From Eledone cirrhosa (Eukaryota): DNA of 64,000 bases. A model generated the notes under the pieces. It searched no databases. It was not told the origin of the DNA and was given only the letters and a program-made list of their open reading frames with translations. Below, piece after piece: positions 61,566-64,000 of this stretch. The stretch spans positions 74,896,001-74,960,000 of the forward strand of contig OZ024745.1 in NCBI GenBank assembly GCA_964016885.1, written 5' to 3'. A program made the position numbers and the translations under genes. How positions within the stretch are numbered: the first letter of the stretch is position 1; every line of letters begins with the position of its first letter.

Positions 61566-64000
61566 ATGTCAGAGGCCTGGTGAAACTCAGTAACATGAGT
61601 AAAATTTCCTACCTGGGAGACTTAGCCATAAGCAATCAAGCACTATGCATGGCACTAACCGAAACGCACCTGACAAGCAGTATAGCAGATGCTGAAATAC
61701 ATATACCGAAATATACTGTATTTCGTTCGGACAGGAAGGAGAGAACTCATGGTAGGGTTGCTCTGTATATCCGTGAAGATGTCACACCAATTGTACTGTT
61801 GACACATTCAAACTCAGTCTGTGACACACTGATAATACATATGAAGCAACTACAGACAGTAATATGTGTCACATATCGGCCTCCCGATGCCCCCAGTCAT
61901 GAGGGTAAATTTGAGGATAGCCTAAGTAGGATAGAAGAGGTCCTTGACAAACTGGACCAGGGTCTCAACATCCTACTGCTGGGAGACTTCAACCTACCAA
62001 AGGTCAAATGGCCTGAGGGCCACCTCCTCCCTGGAATGACGTCAATAGAACAGAGACAGACGGAATCCCTGCTGGCCCTCACACACAGGCTGTTCATGGA
62101 GCAAGCAATACTCCTCCCAACAAGAGGCGAAAATGTCCTGGACCTCTGTTTTACAAACAACGAAGTGCTCATCCACAATGTAAAGGTGACACCAACAATT
62201 CTCTCGGATCATAACTTAGTAGAGCTAATGATATGTGGTCCAAGAGAACCAACAGAGACAAAACCACCAAGAAGCTCCGGGACGCTATCCAACCTTAACT
62301 TCTACAAGGCTAACTGGAAAAAGATTAAGAGTGAAATCCGGAAGCAAACATGGAGTGAAAACATCGCCACACAAGACACTAACACACAATTTCAACACTT
62401 CATGACAACGATACACACCATATGCAAAAAGTGTGTCCCGGAGAAAGAGGCAAACAGACACAAAAATATTATTCCCAGAGATAGGAAAATCCTTATGAGA
62501 CGTAGAACTAAACTCTCAAACCAGTTGAATAGTCAACAAAACCAAAACAAGAAGGAATCCTATTTGAAACGTGCACTACTTGACACCGAGATTGCACTCA
62601 AACTTTCACATGAGAATGAGAGGGCAAAGAAAGAGAACAGGGCCATAGAAAACATTAAAACAAACCCTAAGGCCTTCTTTAAATTTGCAAAAGAAACTGC
62701 CTCAGTACACTGCAAGATTGGACCACTCTTCCACACGGACGGTTCATTAACCGAAAATCCCCAAGAGATATGTGAAATACTGAACGAACAGTACAAAAGT
62801 GTCTTCACATGTCCACTGAGGCACATGCAAATAACGAAGCCAGAGGAGTTCTTTGATGCCACAACACTACATCAAGAAATGGCAACCATCAACCACATAG
62901 ACATAACGGAGGAGGATGTGGTGTACGCCATTGATGAAATTAGAACAGACTCGGCTGCTGGACCTGATGGATTCCCAGCAGTTCTCCTAAAAATATGTAA
63001 GCGGGCCTTAGCAACTCCACTGAAGATGCTCTTCAGAAGCTCCTTGGCTAGCGGTGTACTACCCAGGGAGCTGAAAGAAGGCACAATATGCCCTATCCAT
63101 AAAGGAGGTAGTAGAGCGGAGGCCAAGAACTATAGGCCAGTCTCCCTGACGTCGCATATCAGTAAGGTCATGGAGCGAGTCGTCAGAAAGAAACTAATCA
63201 CTTTCCTCGAAGAAAATGACCGCCTGACTAGCACGCAACATGGCTTCCGCCCAGGAAGAAGCTGCCTTACACAGCTGCTACATCACTACGACTGGGTACT
63301 GAGACAACTACTAGACAGCTCACATGTAGACGTGATATATCTTGACTTTGCGAAGGCCTTTGACAAGGTCGACCACGGAATGATATGTCACAAACTACAC
63401 GGACTCGGCATAACTGGAAAAGTAGGTGAGTGGCTGCATGGCTTCCTAAGGGACAGAAGCCAGGCAGTCGCAGCAAATGGGGCCCTCTCGAGGGAAACAC
63501 CGATAACAAGTGGGGTGCCTCAGGGGACAGTCCTGGGACCACTACTGTTTTTGGTGGCTCTCTCGGACATGCCCTCTGTGGTGCATGCAACAACATCCCT
63601 CACTAGCTATGCTGATGACACTAAGGTAGCACAGGCAATCAAAAACCCGGCTGACGCTGCCCTCTTACAGCAGGATCTGGATGCCATATACAGATGGGCG
63701 GAAGAAAACAACATGCAGTTTAATGCTGGCAAATTCCAAGCCCTACAATACAAACCTGCAAACACAAACACAAATATAGCGGAACACAGCTACACAGGAC
63801 CAGGAGGGACCGATATCCCCGTGTCAAAATCGATACGAGACCTGGTCATAGACATGAGCGATGATGCATCTTTTTCTTCACACATCATGAAGGTGGCGAC
63901 AGCATGTAGACGATTCGCTGGCTGGATCTTGAGGACTTTCCTTACAAGAGATCGAGACACCATGTTGACACTGTGGAGGACTTTTGTCCTAAGCCGCCTG
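61295..64000 (+). CDS. LINE ORF2: AP-like endonuclease plus reverse transcriptase (partial; no stop seen before the window end)
   Basis: Manual translation gives [85 protein letters not shown]. Frame opens after the TGA at 61292-61294. Confidence 0.92.

Larger units (their letters stand above)
61005..64000 (+). mobile_element. CR1-clade LINE, 5'-truncated in ORF1, running off the window end
   Basis: ORF1 remnant plus an APE-RT ORF2. Begins directly after a TA microsatellite. GC-richer than the host DNA. Confidence 0.93.

Noticed and set aside
61897-63596. Minus-strand ORFs over the CR1 element
   Set aside because: Antisense shadows of ORF2.

Overview
AT-rich, repeat-dense animal genomic DNA; the SINE/LINE repertoire and very long (TA)n/(TACA)n fields suggest a coleoid cephalopod such as Octopus (inference). 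One host gene is present: a FAM193A-like gene on the minus strand. I traced 8 coding exons from 30819 down to 337 with consistent splice phases, a probable CpG-rich first exon/promoter near 42 kb, and a 3' part that runs off the window start. The rest is RTE-clade LINE fragments, a young CR1-type LINE running off the right end, tRNA-derived SINEs, TTAA MITEs, a Helitron end, a DNA transposon with a 7-bp TSD, and mini/microsatellites. The very long ORFs in the ORF track are repeat artefacts. Main finding: non-coding elements carrying type I hammerhead ribozymes (retrozyme or Penelope-pLTR-like). (i) A 310-bp unit is arrayed as 5 copies plus about 2.8 inverted copies (53524-55954). (ii) An unrelated 291-bp-arm palindrome carries a variant hammerhead just upstream of the gene promoter (42524-43116). 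(iii) A decayed third hammerhead lies at 41429-41565. Elements (i) and (ii) share a head-to-head geometry and end in TA repeats. Second finding: an HIV-type U UUU UUA slippery site links ORF1 to an AUG-less ORF2 start in the CR1 LINE.
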